64,000 nt of DNA from an uncultured Methylomirabilota bacterium (GCA_963705305.1 OY970067.1:2400001-2464000); one strand, 5' to 3'; positions 12,384-22,854 are shown, counted from the stretch's first letter. Notes: generated by a model not told the origin, from the sequence alone. Translations and numbers: made by a program.

Positions 12384-12686
12384 ATGACACGGGTAGAGTT
12401 CGCCCCCGTCACACCGGGGGAGATGCTGAAGGAGGAGTTCCTGGCCGAGTACGGGCTGTCCCAGAACCAGCTGGCGAAAGCCATCGGGATCTCGCCGAAT
12501 CGCATCGCCGAGATCGTGAATAATCGACGCCGCATCACAGCGGACACGGCGCTTCGTCTCGGGCTCTATTTTGGTAACAGTCCGGAGTTCTGGATGAACC
12601 TCCAGGCCCACTATGACCTCAAGGTGGCGAAGCAGAACCTCCGCCCAGAGGATGCCAAGCGGATCAAGGCCCGCCGGGCTGCATAG
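12384..12686 (+). CDS. higA: HigA antitoxin
   Basis: PGEMLKEEFL, RRITADTALRL, SPEFWMNLQ. Confidence 0.93.
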   Translation: MTRVEFAPVTPGEMLKEEFLAEYGLSQNQLAKAIGISPNRIAEIVNNRRRITADTALRLGLYFGNSPEFWMNLQAHYDLKVAKQNLRPEDAKRIKARRAA

Positions 12687-12824
12687 GCGATTTGGCCGGC
12701 TTCCGATGGCAGAGCCCCGTTTACCAGCGTCCCTTTTGTCCGCTCCCGCGCGCGACGGGCAAGGCGACGAATCCCCGCATGCCTGATCGCGGAGACGGAG
12801 CGGGTCGAATCGCCGCTCTTCTTC

Positions 12825-13871
12825 CTACGCCATCTCCACCAGGACCTTGATCGTATTGTCGCCGCGGGCGTGCGCTGTGCCGAAGGCGTCGGCGGCCTTC
12901 TCGAGCGGGAACCGGTCGGTGACGAACCGCGCCAGCCGCTCGCGTCGCCGGACGGATACGTCGATGCCCAGCGGGAACAGATTGGCGTACCGGAAGAGGG
13001 TCTCGATCCGCACCCCCGAGCGTACAATGGCCGTGTAGTCGATGGCCATGGTCGGCTCGTCGATGAAGCCCACCGCGACATAGGTGGCGCCTTTCGCGGC
13101 CGCCCTGAACGCCACCGTGATTGCCGGAGGCGCGCCGGTTGCTTCCATGATCACATCGGGGCCGCCGCCCGTCACACGCTTGAGCTCCTGAGCAACGTCG
13201 GTTCCGCGGGCATTGATGACCTGCGCGCCCAGCTCCTTTGCGAGGGCGAGGCGCTTCTCCATCACATCGATGACCCAGATATGTTCGGCCCCGTGGGACA
13301 GCGCCGCCTCCAGGCACACCAGCCCGATCATCCCCGCGCCGAAAATGGCGACCAAACTGTCCGGGCCAACCCGCCCGTGAGCCGCCGCCTGCAGCCCGAC
13401 CACCATCGGCTCCACCGTCGCGCCGGCCGAAAAGTCAAGCGCATCCGGCATCGGATACACCCACTGCGCCGGCGCGACCACATATTCCGCCATGCAACCA
13501 TGGTTCGGAGGCACACCCACGAATCGCACCGAGCCACAGAGGTTGTACCGGCCACTACGGCACATCTTGCAATGGCCGCACGCGAATCCGGGCTCCAGGA
13601 CAACGTGCTGCCCCGCCTGCAGGGTGGTCACGCCGCTCCCCACGGCAGCGATCTCTCCGCTCATTTCATGACCGGGCACGTGCGGATCTTGAAGCACGAT
13701 GGGCCCGAGACGGCCGGTGTCGTACAGGTGCATGTCCGATCCGCAGATCCCGGCTGCGCGGACGCGGATCAGGACCTCGCCGGGTCCGGCCGTCGGCCGC
13801 GGCAGCTCGCAGATCTCGATCTGCTCGGGCCTCACCAGCATCGCCGCTTTCATCGAGGCATTCGAGGGCAT
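12825..13871 (-). CDS. Zn-dependent alcohol/polyol dehydrogenase (sorbitol dehydrogenase-like)
   Basis: GICGSD, GHE, CGHCKMCRSGRYNLC, GAGMIG. Confidence 0.93.
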   Translation of the reverse strand: MPSNASMKAAMLVRPEQIEICELPRPTAGPGEVLIRVRAAGICGSDMHLYDTGRLGPIVLQDPHVPGHEMSGEIAAVGSGVTTLQAGQHVVLEPGFACGHCKMCRSGRYNLCGSVRFVGVPPNHGCMAEYVVAPAQWVYPMPDALDFSAGATVEPMVVGLQAAAHGRVGPDSLVAIFGAGMIGLVCLEAALSHGAEHIWVIDVMEKRLALAKELGAQVINARGTDVAQELKRVTGGGPDVIMEATGAPPAITVAFRAAAKGATYVAVGFIDEPTMAIDYTAIVRSGVRIETLFRYANLFPLGIDVSVRRRERLARFVTDRFPLEKAADAFGTAHARGDNTIKVLVEMA

Positions 13872-14164
13872 GCTCTTCCTCCTGGGCGTCATGATGCCTT
13901 GTGAATTTCCGCTACAGCATATCGTACTTGTCGCGCAGGGCCTGCCAGCCCGCAACCTGGTTGACCGCATTGTATATCAGGGGACGTGGCAACATTAATT
14001 ACTTTGTTTGACGCCGGACAGTTTGTCTGGGGGCGGTGCGCGAACACGTGGAGTGTGCCTGGCTGACTGGGGCAAAACGAATCCCCTCGCGCGGCGACGG
14101 TCTCCTTGACCGGGGCCAGCTCTTTCTCGAGGCGATCCATGAATAGGGGACCCGGCCGTTTCTG

Positions 14165-15780
14165 CGGTGTCAAGGCGGATCCCTCCTCTGGATGCCGACG
14201 CATCCGGCGTGGTGTCCTGCCTGCCTCCCCCGGGACCGCTCCCGGGTGATCTCTCCCGCCCCAGCGTAGTCGTGGCATCCGGCCTGCTCGCTGCCTGAGC
14301 GGCCCACCCGGCCGTGTCCGAGCTGCGGAGAGCGGGAGCGGCGCGCCAGGGTCCCCCGGCGGTCCCGGGGGGGCCGCCACGTTGCAGGAATCGCGCTGCC
14401 AGCTCCCCGGGGAAACCAGGATCTGCTACCCCTCAGCGGGCCGCCCGGCAGAGCCCGCCGGTCCGCCGCGGGTCGTAGGGGGTCCCGCGCCGCCACACGC
14501 CCCAGACGATCCGGAGGAGCTTCGCCGCCAGCTCCACGGTGGCCGTGAAGCCGGCGGCGCGGTCGCCCTGGCGCTTCGCCTGCAGCACCGCGAGCCGGGC
14601 CCGGCCGCTCGCCGTCCGCGTGACCCCCCGCGCCGCCTGGGACCAGGGCCCAGCGGAGGAGGCCGCGCCCGCCCTTCGAGATCCGCATCTGTCCCGCGTA
14701 CCGCCCGGACTGGACCTGGCAGATGTCGAGGCCGGCGAGCTTCCGGAGCTGGGAGAACTGCGTGAACCAGGCGATGTCGCCGATCTCGGCGAGGAGGGTC
14801 GCGGCCACCGTGGGCCCGACCCCCGGGATGGTCCGGAGGCCGGAAGCCGCTCGGCGACCGGCGTGCACGCCGCCTCGAGCGCGGCGATCCGGGCCTGCAC
14901 GGCCTCGACCTGGGCCCCGAGGTCGGCACAGGCGGTGGCGAGGCCGAGCGGGAGGCGGCCTTTCGCGACCGCCGGGCGGCCCGGGGCCACCCGCTCCCAG
15001 GCCTGGAGGACCATCGGGAGCTCGACCTGCAGGCGATTCGGGAGCGGGGCTCCCGCCGGGGCCAGACTGGGGCGGAGGGTGGTGCGCCAGCGCGCCTTGC
15101 AGGCGGCGAGCTCACTCCGGGCCCGGCGGAGGCACTTCACCAGGGGGCGCAACTCGGCGAGCGGGCCGGCGGGCCGCGAGTAGAAGAGCACCTTCCCCTG
15201 CTCCAGGAGATCGGCGCAGTTCGCGGCGTCCTTCCGGTCGGACTTGTCCCAGGTCCCGTCCTGGGTCCGGCGGTTCCAGTAGGCCACGCTGCTGGAGAGC
15301 AGCAGGACATCCGCCCCGTGCTGCTCCAGGAAGCTCGCCACCGCCTGGTGGTAGGTCCCGGTGGGCTCCAGGCCGCACCCGACCCCCCGGTCCCCGGTGC
15401 TCCGCTGCGCCGACTGGATCCGGGCCCAGAGCGTGGCGAAGCCCCGGGGGGTGTTCGGGATGGTGAGCGTCGGGACCACCACCCGCGTGTGCGCGTGCCG
15501 GAGGTGCCCCACGTGGGCGGCTTGGGCGACGTCGATCCCGACGAGGAGCCGCGATCGATCCGTCCACAGGGTAGCCTTGAGCGCCCGGAAGCGCTTGACA
15601 CGGGTGGCATTGTCACGGAGGGTAGCCATGGGGTTCTTCCTCCTCTGTGCGGGGCGAGTGGATGGCTCTCTGCACACCCCTACCAATAGCGAGGAAGGAC
15701 CCCTTTTTGAAGCTGCCTTTTTCATGAGAAAGGGGTCACACTCAGGGAGTCTGGCCTGCGCTGGCTCATTCATGCAGGTA
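14165..15780 (-). mobile_element. IS110-family element; transposase 15629-14433 with two frameshifts; ends approximate
   Basis: DEDD RuvC-like motifs (VGIDVA, LEPTGTY, KSDRKDA), IPGVGPTVAATLLAEIGD, SKGGRGLLR; ~265-nt 3' non-coding region ending CTTGACA. Confidence 0.85.
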
Positions 15781-16177
15781 ATACTACGTTGCGACTTTAT
15801 TGACATTATTAGATGCCGGGGCATAGAGAAGGGACGATGCCCCTTCGTGTTCCGCGCTCCCACAGACTCCGAGCGGGGATGCGGGCAGGGCCTGCAACAC
15901 GCCGAGGTCGGGGTGGGCGGCGAATTGAAGACGGCGAGGGCGATGAGGCGCGCGCCCTGGGCGCTGGGGCGGGGCTCGAGGCAGGGATGAGCCAGGGTCA
16001 ATTCATAGCTGCGCCGCGTCCCTGATGATACGTTCCGGAGGACTATGGAAGCCCGCGAGACGCCAGGAGTGTCAGGATGCAACGTCTCCTAGGCGACGAA
16101 TGAGGTGACGGCAACGAAGGAGGTAGCGGGAGGATCCACGGGCGGGACCCGGCCCGCCCGTGGGAGTGCGTAGCGCC

Positions 16178-17929
16178 CTAGGTCCGTGCTGCGGCTGGCC
16201 GCAGGGCGCGCGCCCTGCCAAACGCCCGCAGGGCGTCGTACGCCAGGAACAGCGCGAGGATCACCAGCGTGATGCCGATGGCCGCGGCGATCAGGTTCCC
16301 GAAGACGAACGGCGCCTTCAGGTTCGGTGCGAAGGCGGCCTGGAACGAGATCACCGCCGTCACCACCAACGCGGCAATCGTCGTGACATACAGGAATAGA
16401 GCCGGCCAGAGCGTCCACTGGTACGACTTGCCGGTCTGGGCTAGCCAGATGCTGACCAACATCAGCGACAAGCTGGCCAAGAGCTGGTTCGATCCGCCAA
16501 ACAGAATCCAGAGCCGGGACCAGAATCCGGTCCAGAAGAGTACCAGTGTGAGCGCGAGGCCGACGATCGAGCCGAAGTGGACGTTCTTGAAGGCGGGGAC
16601 CGCATCACCGACCAACTCCCCGCCGGCGATGCGCAGGAAGCGCAGGTTCAACTGCATCACCGTCAGTGCCATGATCACCAGGAATGCCGCACCGAATGCG
16701 CCCCCGAAGGCCTTGGGGATGCCGAGCACGTTCAGGTACTCAGCCATCCCGCCGGCAAACACCGCGCCCGGGCCGCCTCCCTTGGTGAGCTTGTCCATGT
16801 ACCCGGCGAAGCCGCCGAACGCCGTCACCGCGAACAGGACGGACACGATGGCCAGCACCGATTCCATGAACATCGCGCCGGCACCGACCGGGAGGGCGTC
16901 CGTCTCCTTCTCGAGCTGGCGCGCGGTCCCGGAACTGGATACCAGGCTGTGCCATCCGGACACCGCACCGCAGGCGACCGTCACGAACAAGATCGGCCAG
17001 AGCGGCGTGTCGAATCCCGGGGCGATAATCCCCTTGGCGGTGAACCCGGTAAACGCGGGGAAGTCCCCGAAGCTGGGCATGCGGAGGAAGATCCCGATAA
17101 CGGACCCCAGGATGCCCAAGAAGACGAGCCAGAATGCGATATAGTTCACCGGCTGGGCGAACCGCCAAATCGGGAGGACAGATCCGAGATAGCAGAATCC
17201 CAGGGCGACGATGCCCCAGAAAAATACGGACCACTTCATCGGCCCATACGGCGTGGCATACAAGACGAAGGAGTCCTTGCCGCCGTTGATCGCATCCACG
17301 ATCGCCCGGAAGGGCCCCGTGGTCCCGAGCCAGACCCCGATGATTCCGATTGCCACGCAGACCACCGTCGTCAGCAACAAGTCCTTCCGCCACTTGTACG
17401 TCATCTGGCCGGCCAGCATACCGGCCAGCGTCAGGATGATGAACCCGAGCGGCACGTTCGGGTTCGAGAAGATGCCCGCCACAATGGCCGAGAACGCGCC
17501 CAGGATCAGCAAGAGGTAGAAGTAAAGGAACGACAGGAGAATCGCCCGCGCCCGCGGCGAGATGAGCTTGTAGCTCAGGCCGCCCATCGTCAGCCCATCG
17601 TTGCGCATGGCCAGGACGGCCGCCGTGTAATCCTGGACCCAGCCGAGAAAGGTGACGCCCAGGACGAGCCAGATCAACGCCGGGGCGTAGCCCCACTGCA
17701 CGGCAACGATCGGACCGACGATCGGCCCCAATGCCGCGATGGACTTGAACTGGTATCCGAACAGGACGCTCGAGCTGGCTGGCATGAAATCGACGCCATC
17801 ATTGTACAGCTTGGCGGGTGTCGCCTTCGCGGGATCCGCGCCGATCACCGAGCGGTCGATGCCGCCCGAGTAGTACTTGTACCCGAGCCAATAAGCCACG
17901 ATCGCGACGAGAACGACGATGCCTCCCAT
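16178..17929 (-). CDS. cstA: Carbon starvation CstA-family transporter
   Basis: TPAKLYNDGVDF, FKSIAALGPIVGP, WPILFVTVACGAVSGWHSLVSSSGT, FGGSNQLLA. Confidence 0.92.
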   Translation of the reverse strand: MGGIVVLVAIVAYWLGYKYYSGGIDRSVIGADPAKATPAKLYNDGVDFMPASSSVLFGYQFKSIAALGPIVGPIVAVQWGYAPALIWLVLGVTFLGWVQDYTAAVLAMRNDGLTMGGLSYKLISPRARAILLSFLYFYLLLILGAFSAIVAGIFSNPNVPLGFIILTLAGMLAGQMTYKWRKDLLLTTVVCVAIGIIGVWLGTTGPFRAIVDAINGGKDSFVLYATPYGPMKWSVFFWGIVALGFCYLGSVLPIWRFAQPVNYIAFWLVFLGILGSVIGIFLRMPSFGDFPAFTGFTAKGIIAPGFDTPLWPILFVTVACGAVSGWHSLVSSSGTARQLEKETDALPVGAGAMFMESVLAIVSVLFAVTAFGGFAGYMDKLTKGGGPGAVFAGGMAEYLNVLGIPKAFGGAFGAAFLVIMALTVMQLNLRFLRIAGGELVGDAVPAFKNVHFGSIVGLALTLVLFWTGFWSRLWILFGGSNQLLASLSLMLVSIWLAQTGKSYQWTLWPALFLYVTTIAALVVTAVISFQAAFAPNLKAPFVFGNLIAAAIGITLVILALFLAYDALRAFGRARALRPAAART

Positions 17930-18190
17930 ACCGGCCTCCTTCCCCGACTGTTGAAAAGGGCGGACGGGACACCGCAACGCACCCTGACGATTCGGCTATC
18001 CGGGCCTCACCTCCCTTCGCGTTCACGGTTACTGCGTTCCGAAGAGGATGGAACCGCCACGCGGTTCGGTGCGCCACGTGTGCGATTTCGAGAGCTATGT
18101 ATCGAGGCTCAAGTCGACAGGCTAGCCGGTGTGGGCCGGGGCCTTACCGGCTAGGATCATGCGGAGTGTGGCAGTTAACGAAACCCATAG

Positions 18191-18219
18191 AGCCTACCGC
18201 CGCCGTTCGCAGAAGTCAA
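18191..18219 (-). promoter_or_regulatory. Putative sigma70 promoter for cstA, implying a ~250-nt leader
   Basis: TTGACT-17nt-TAGGCT on the minus strand. Confidence 0.5.
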
Positions 18220-18610
18220 GCCTCATGTTCGTTAGAAATATTCGTTAGAAAGGGACGTAGGCTCTAAAACAACGTGCTGAATTCCACCCTGCTCAAGGAC
18301 GTGGATCGTGCCTCGCTGGTATTGAATTCCTGCCGATACGAGGCCATAATTTCCTCAGGCAATCGGGACGAAGTAAGAAGGGTACCGGACGCCTTGTGAG
18401 CTGTAAGCGGTTGATTTTCATGAACTGAGATTGCTATTCTTTGCACGGGAGCAACCAGGCAGGTAGGGGTGCGGGCGTCGAGGAAGCGTTTCCGTGCCTC
18501 CGCACATTCAAGTACTTGGAGCCTAAAAATATCCAGTACCCTTTTTGTGACGAAGAGCCACTGGACCGAGCGGAGCGAGGCGCACCGAGCGAAGGCACGG
18601 GAGGTCTCCG

Positions 18611-19447
18611 GTGAGTGTCGATTACTCGCGCGAGAACGTGATGACCCTGGATCCCACGACGTTGAAAGCCATGATCACAGAGCGGGGGCATCACACGGTC
18701 GAAATTCAGCTGTATGAGGCGCTGGCCAAAGGGGGCGCGCTCGGGCCGACCGTCGGAAACGTCGTGCGGGAGCTGCTCGCAGTGTGGAGGGAGCGCGGAC
18801 TCCCCTCGGACAGCGGGGATCTGGCCTGGGTCCGTCGCCTCCTCGCCATGGCGGAAGCCGTCCAGAAGGGCGGGACGCTGGATTTGGCAGAGTTTGCCGG
18901 CACGCCGCTGGATGCGCGGGACCGGCAGGTTGTCGAGCGGCTGCTCTTCGAGCGGCGTTCGGTGCGCTACTGGACCGAGGAGGAGGTGCCCGATTGGATG
19001 ATCGACGAGATCATGCGGGCGGGCCTCTGGGCGGCCCATGGATGCAACCTCAACTCCCTGCGCTTTCTCGTGGTCCGGGAACGGAACGAGCCCGGCCTGT
19101 TTCGCGGCTCCGATATCCCCGGGGGCCCCGTGCACATCGTCGCCTGCCAGGACCGGCGCGTGTACTCGATCCAGCCGGGGTATGTGCAATACCCGGACAT
19201 GCTGGAGAAGAACCGCCTGCTGGACTGCGGGGCGGCGATGGAGAACATGGTGCTCATGGCCCACGCCCTGGGGCTGGGGGGCTGTTGGCTGACGTTCCGG
19301 AACGAGATGCTTGCCCGCATCCGGGAGCGATTCCACCTCCCCGCCCACATCGAGATCGTCACCTATGTCGACGTGGGCTTTCCCAAGCAAACGCCGATGC
19401 CCCCCGGCCGCATTGCCGTCCAGGATGCCGTCCTCGTCAGGCGGTAA
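18611..19447 (+). CDS. Nitroreductase-family protein with N-terminal extension
   Basis: ERRSVRYW, AAMENMVLMAHALGLGGCW. Confidence 0.88.
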   Translation: MSVDYSRENVMTLDPTTLKAMITERGHHTVEIQLYEALAKGGALGPTVGNVVRELLAVWRERGLPSDSGDLAWVRRLLAMAEAVQKGGTLDLAEFAGTPLDARDRQVVERLLFERRSVRYWTEEEVPDWMIDEIMRAGLWAAHGCNLNSLRFLVVRERNEPGLFRGSDIPGGPVHIVACQDRRVYSIQPGYVQYPDMLEKNRLLDCGAAMENMVLMAHALGLGGCWLTFRNEMLARIRERFHLPAHIEIVTYVDVGFPKQTPMPPGRIAVQDAVLVRR

Positions 19448-19507
19448 CGGTGGCCGCCCGCCTGGGACAGGTGACGTAGAATACGGGACGTTGCGACATT
19501 ATTGACT

Positions 19508-19800
19508 TTATGCCACCGGGCCTGCCCGTAAGGGGCCTGGAAGCCTAACTCCGGGCCTCCGCCCCCTGCCCGGCACGCCAGGCGCTTCCAGCCAACTAGG
19601 TGATCCCGCCATTCGTCCCGGCGATCGGTCCTGACCGGGTCCCCCCCTTCCGGGCGTGAAGGCCGGGGCGATCACTTGACAGGCGATACCGGGGGCGCTA
19701 GGTTGCCGGTAAAGATCGGGGCCGGGGCCCTCCTCGCAGCAGGCCACCACCGGCCCGTCGGGATGCAAGGTCGCCAAAAGCGGCGAATCCGGCGGGACTC
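19508..19800 (-). pseudogene. Degenerate IS110 transposase remnant
   Basis: VACCEEGPGPDLYRQPSAPGIACQVIAPAFTP resembles the IS110 N-terminal YEAGP..GY.LYR...C.VIAP segment. Confidence 0.6.
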
Positions 19801-19909
19801 GGTCGGGATCGAACGGGATGACGGCCCGGACGATGTTCTCCTCTCCGACCGGGAGACGGATTCGCCAGGATCCGACCAAACCGTTTCACCCTTGGTTCGA
19901 ACGGGCAAC

Positions 19910-21163
19910 ATGCATACTTCTGCGGTGGAGACCCATCACGCGCTCCTGCGGATGCTTCTGTTTGAACCGCAGAAGGCAAGGGGCTTTCTGTTCGAGCATA
20001 ACGCCGAGACGGCGCCGTCCGTGCCCGTTCCCGACTGGTCCCGTCTTGGCGAAATGGCGGAACAGGAGGGGGTTTCCGCAGTTCTGTTCCATAACATCAA
20101 GAAGCATAACCTGCAACATCTCGTCCCGCCGGAATGCTACAGGGACTTGTCCAACCAGTTCCATGTCAACCTGAAGCGCAACCTGCTGGTCATCGGCGCA
20201 TTGCGGCAGGTGCTGGCATCCTTTCAGGAGGCCGGCATTCACTGCATCATCCTGAAGGGCATCGCCCTTGCAGAGCGCGTGTACCCGAATATTGCCATGC
20301 GGGGGATGTCAAACGTCGATATCCTGGTCAGGAAAGCGGATCTCTTCAACGCCGACGAACGTCTGTGCTCCTTAGGATACACTTCGCAAGACAGTACCGC
20401 GACACAGGCGATCCTTAACCCCGCCGGGTATCTCGCCAGCCTGGAATACCGCAAACATGAACCGGCCCCCTTAAGCCTTCACGTTCACTGGCATCCAGTC
20501 AATACGTCGATCCCGGCGGCCATCTTCGCCGAGCGTATCGATATCGACCGGCTCTTGGAACGCGCCACGGCGAGCGTCGTGGCCGACAGCCAGGCCTGGA
20601 TTCTGAGCCCGGAGCATCTGATCATCTACCTTTGCGAACACGCCCTGAGGATCGGCCATTCCTTTGACCGCCTGATTCTCGTCTGCGATATCTTTTACGC
20701 CATAAAGGCCTTTGAAGATACCATCGACTGGGACTTTCTTGTCGAGGAGAGCCGTCGCTTCAACCTCTCCCGGTTCGTGTATCACGGGCTGACCATCGTG
20801 AAATATCATACCTCGTTGAATATCCCGGAAGCGTGCATGGCAAAACTGCGACCGCCCGATATCTCATGGGGGGAAAGGTATTTTCTCACACTCCAGTTCA
20901 ACAACCGGCGAATCAGGGGGAGCAGTTACTTCATCTACCTGACGATGCACAGGGGCTTTTTCGCCAAGATCGCATTCATCGCCCGGACCGTCTTTCCGCC
21001 GGTCCGGATCCTCCGGCAGCGACAGTACCGGAAAGACGTTGCATTCTCAAAATCACTGTATCTCCAGCGAGCCAGGGAGATCATTTCGCACATTTTCCTG
21101 TGGTCCTTTAGCAGGGCGAGCGCTGCTCACGGCAAGAGAAAGATGACGAAGGCCCTTCAGTGA
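19910..21163 (+). CDS. Uncharacterised nucleotidyltransferase family protein (NTP_transf_5-like)
   Basis: ILKGIALAERVYPNIAMRGMSNVDILV, LHVHWH, LILVCDI, IDW. Confidence 0.85.
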   Translation: MHTSAVETHHALLRMLLFEPQKARGFLFEHNAETAPSVPVPDWSRLGEMAEQEGVSAVLFHNIKKHNLQHLVPPECYRDLSNQFHVNLKRNLLVIGALRQVLASFQEAGIHCIILKGIALAERVYPNIAMRGMSNVDILVRKADLFNADERLCSLGYTSQDSTATQAILNPAGYLASLEYRKHEPAPLSLHVHWHPVNTSIPAAIFAERIDIDRLLERATASVVADSQAWILSPEHLIIYLCEHALRIGHSFDRLILVCDIFYAIKAFEDTIDWDFLVEESRRFNLSRFVYHGLTIVKYHTSLNIPEACMAKLRPPDISWGERYFLTLQFNNRRIRGSSYFIYLTMHRGFFAKIAFIARTVFPPVRILRQRQYRKDVAFSKSLYLQRAREIISHIFLWSFSRASAAHGKRKMTKALQ

Positions 21164-22794
21164 CAACCAAGAAAGAACCATCCGGGCTGAATCGAGGGGA
21201 CTGCGGGACTGCTCTGCAGACGGAAGAAGCCACCTTCTTCGAGGAGTGGCTGGCCGCAGGCCAGCCCCCGGAGCAGCTCTCGATCAGCGCCGTCTGCAAC
21301 GCCCGCTGCCTCTTCTGCTCGAACCGGATGAATCCTTTCCCGGTCACGCAAAATGTGTTTCGGGACATTGAAGACGTCAAGCTGCAGCTCTCGTTGAGCT
21401 CCGCCAACCATCAGGGCGATATTCACATGAGCGATTCCCTGCCGGGGCGGATTTCGGAAGGGGAGGCCTTTCTGCACCCCCGGTTTTTTGACATTCTCAC
21501 CCTCGTCCGGGAAAAATTCCTGGCCAATTGCCTGCACTTCACGACCAACGCTTCCCTGCTCGACGAGCGTTTCGTGCAAAAACTCGAACCCTTCCGTCCG
21601 GTCGAAATCAACATTTCCCTGCACTCCACGCAGCCGAAGCTGTGGACCCGGATTTTCCAATCTTCGGAGAGACGAGCCCGGACTGCCTTGAACTCTTTTG
21701 ATCTTCTGAAGAAGCATCACATCGACTTTACGGGAACCATCGTCCCTTTGCCCCGAATTTGCGGGTGGAACGACCTCGAAAACACCTTTGCTTTCCTGGT
21801 GGGCGCGGGGGCCAAATCCATCATTCTGTGGTGGCCTGGGTTCTCGGAAAAAACGCCTGCCGGGTTAAAAAGGGAAATCGAATGCCCCTGGGATGAATTC
21901 GGGGATTTCGTGAAGCACATGCAGGAAAAGTTTCCACGATTTCCGGTGATCCCGCAGCCGAACCCGCTGGAGCCCCGGAGGTTGCCGATCAAGCGGATCA
22001 TGAATTTTACGCTTCAGGGAAACCTGAAGACCTTCGGGGGGGCTTTTCGGCACGTGCTGTGGCTCGTTTCCGAGGCAGCCTATCCGGAAATGTCCAAACT
22101 GGTGGCGGAATTTGCGCAGGATGTCCCCAATGAACACCATGTCTTCCCGGTAAGAAACAGATCTTATGGCGGCAACATCCAGGTCAGCGGGCTGCTGATG
22201 GTCTCAGACTTTCTGGCTGCGGGAACGGAGGCACTGCAGAGGTGGCCAGCCGTCGATCTCGTGCTTGTTCCCAAAATGGCGTTTGACGCCTTCTTTCGCG
22301 ATCTGCAGAAGACGCCTGCCTACAAGATTCCGGAAGGGCTGGGAAGAACTACGTGGTTGGTCTTTGAGAAGGGCTCGTTCCTTTCTCTCAAGGGTCGCGG
22401 GTTCGTCACGCCGGAGAATGATCCCCAAAAGACCCTTGAGAAGTTGCTGAAGGTCATTGACGAATCGATACAGGCGGACAAGCTTGATGTCCTTTCGGCG
22501 ATGGTTGCCGCCTTTCCGATTCCGACCTCGGAAGGCATTCTGAAAGAAGGGGAATTCGGGGACTTTTTGAAGGGGATCAAGAAGGGCCAGTCTCCGACCG
22601 GAGCGTTCGAGAAGCGCGTATTTGAAAAGCTTGACGACCATCGCGTTGTTTGCATGGAAGAGCGGCCGACCGCAGATCCGTCCGAAGCGTCTGCTCGCTG
22701 GGTATTTTTCAGGAGAATAGGAAAGGACTGGAAGCTGGAAATGATTTTCTTTTCGCGCATTTCTGTTGACAGTGGATCAGATGGTTCGCTATGA
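21160..22794 (+). CDS. Radical SAM protein with DUF512-like domain
   Basis: CNARCLFC, GEAFLHP, TTNASLL, VRNRSYGGNIQVSGLLMVSDF; start overlaps the upstream stop. Confidence 0.8.
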   Translation: MTTKKEPSGLNRGDCGTALQTEEATFFEEWLAAGQPPEQLSISAVCNARCLFCSNRMNPFPVTQNVFRDIEDVKLQLSLSSANHQGDIHMSDSLPGRISEGEAFLHPRFFDILTLVREKFLANCLHFTTNASLLDERFVQKLEPFRPVEINISLHSTQPKLWTRIFQSSERRARTALNSFDLLKKHHIDFTGTIVPLPRICGWNDLENTFAFLVGAGAKSIILWWPGFSEKTPAGLKREIECPWDEFGDFVKHMQEKFPRFPVIPQPNPLEPRRLPIKRIMNFTLQGNLKTFGGAFRHVLWLVSEAAYPEMSKLVAEFAQDVPNEHHVFPVRNRSYGGNIQVSGLLMVSDFLAAGTEALQRWPAVDLVLVPKMAFDAFFRDLQKTPAYKIPEGLGRTTWLVFEKGSFLSLKGRGFVTPENDPQKTLEKLLKVIDESIQADKLDVLSAMVAAFPIPTSEGILKEGEFGDFLKGIKKGQSPTGAFEKRVFEKLDDHRVVCMEERPTADPSEASARWVFFRRIGKDWKLEMIFFSRISVDSGSDGSL

Positions 22795-22854
22795 AGGGTG
22801 TATCTTTATTGAACCTATTGAAAAGGATGCCGTAAGCGCAATAGGGGGAGGAAC

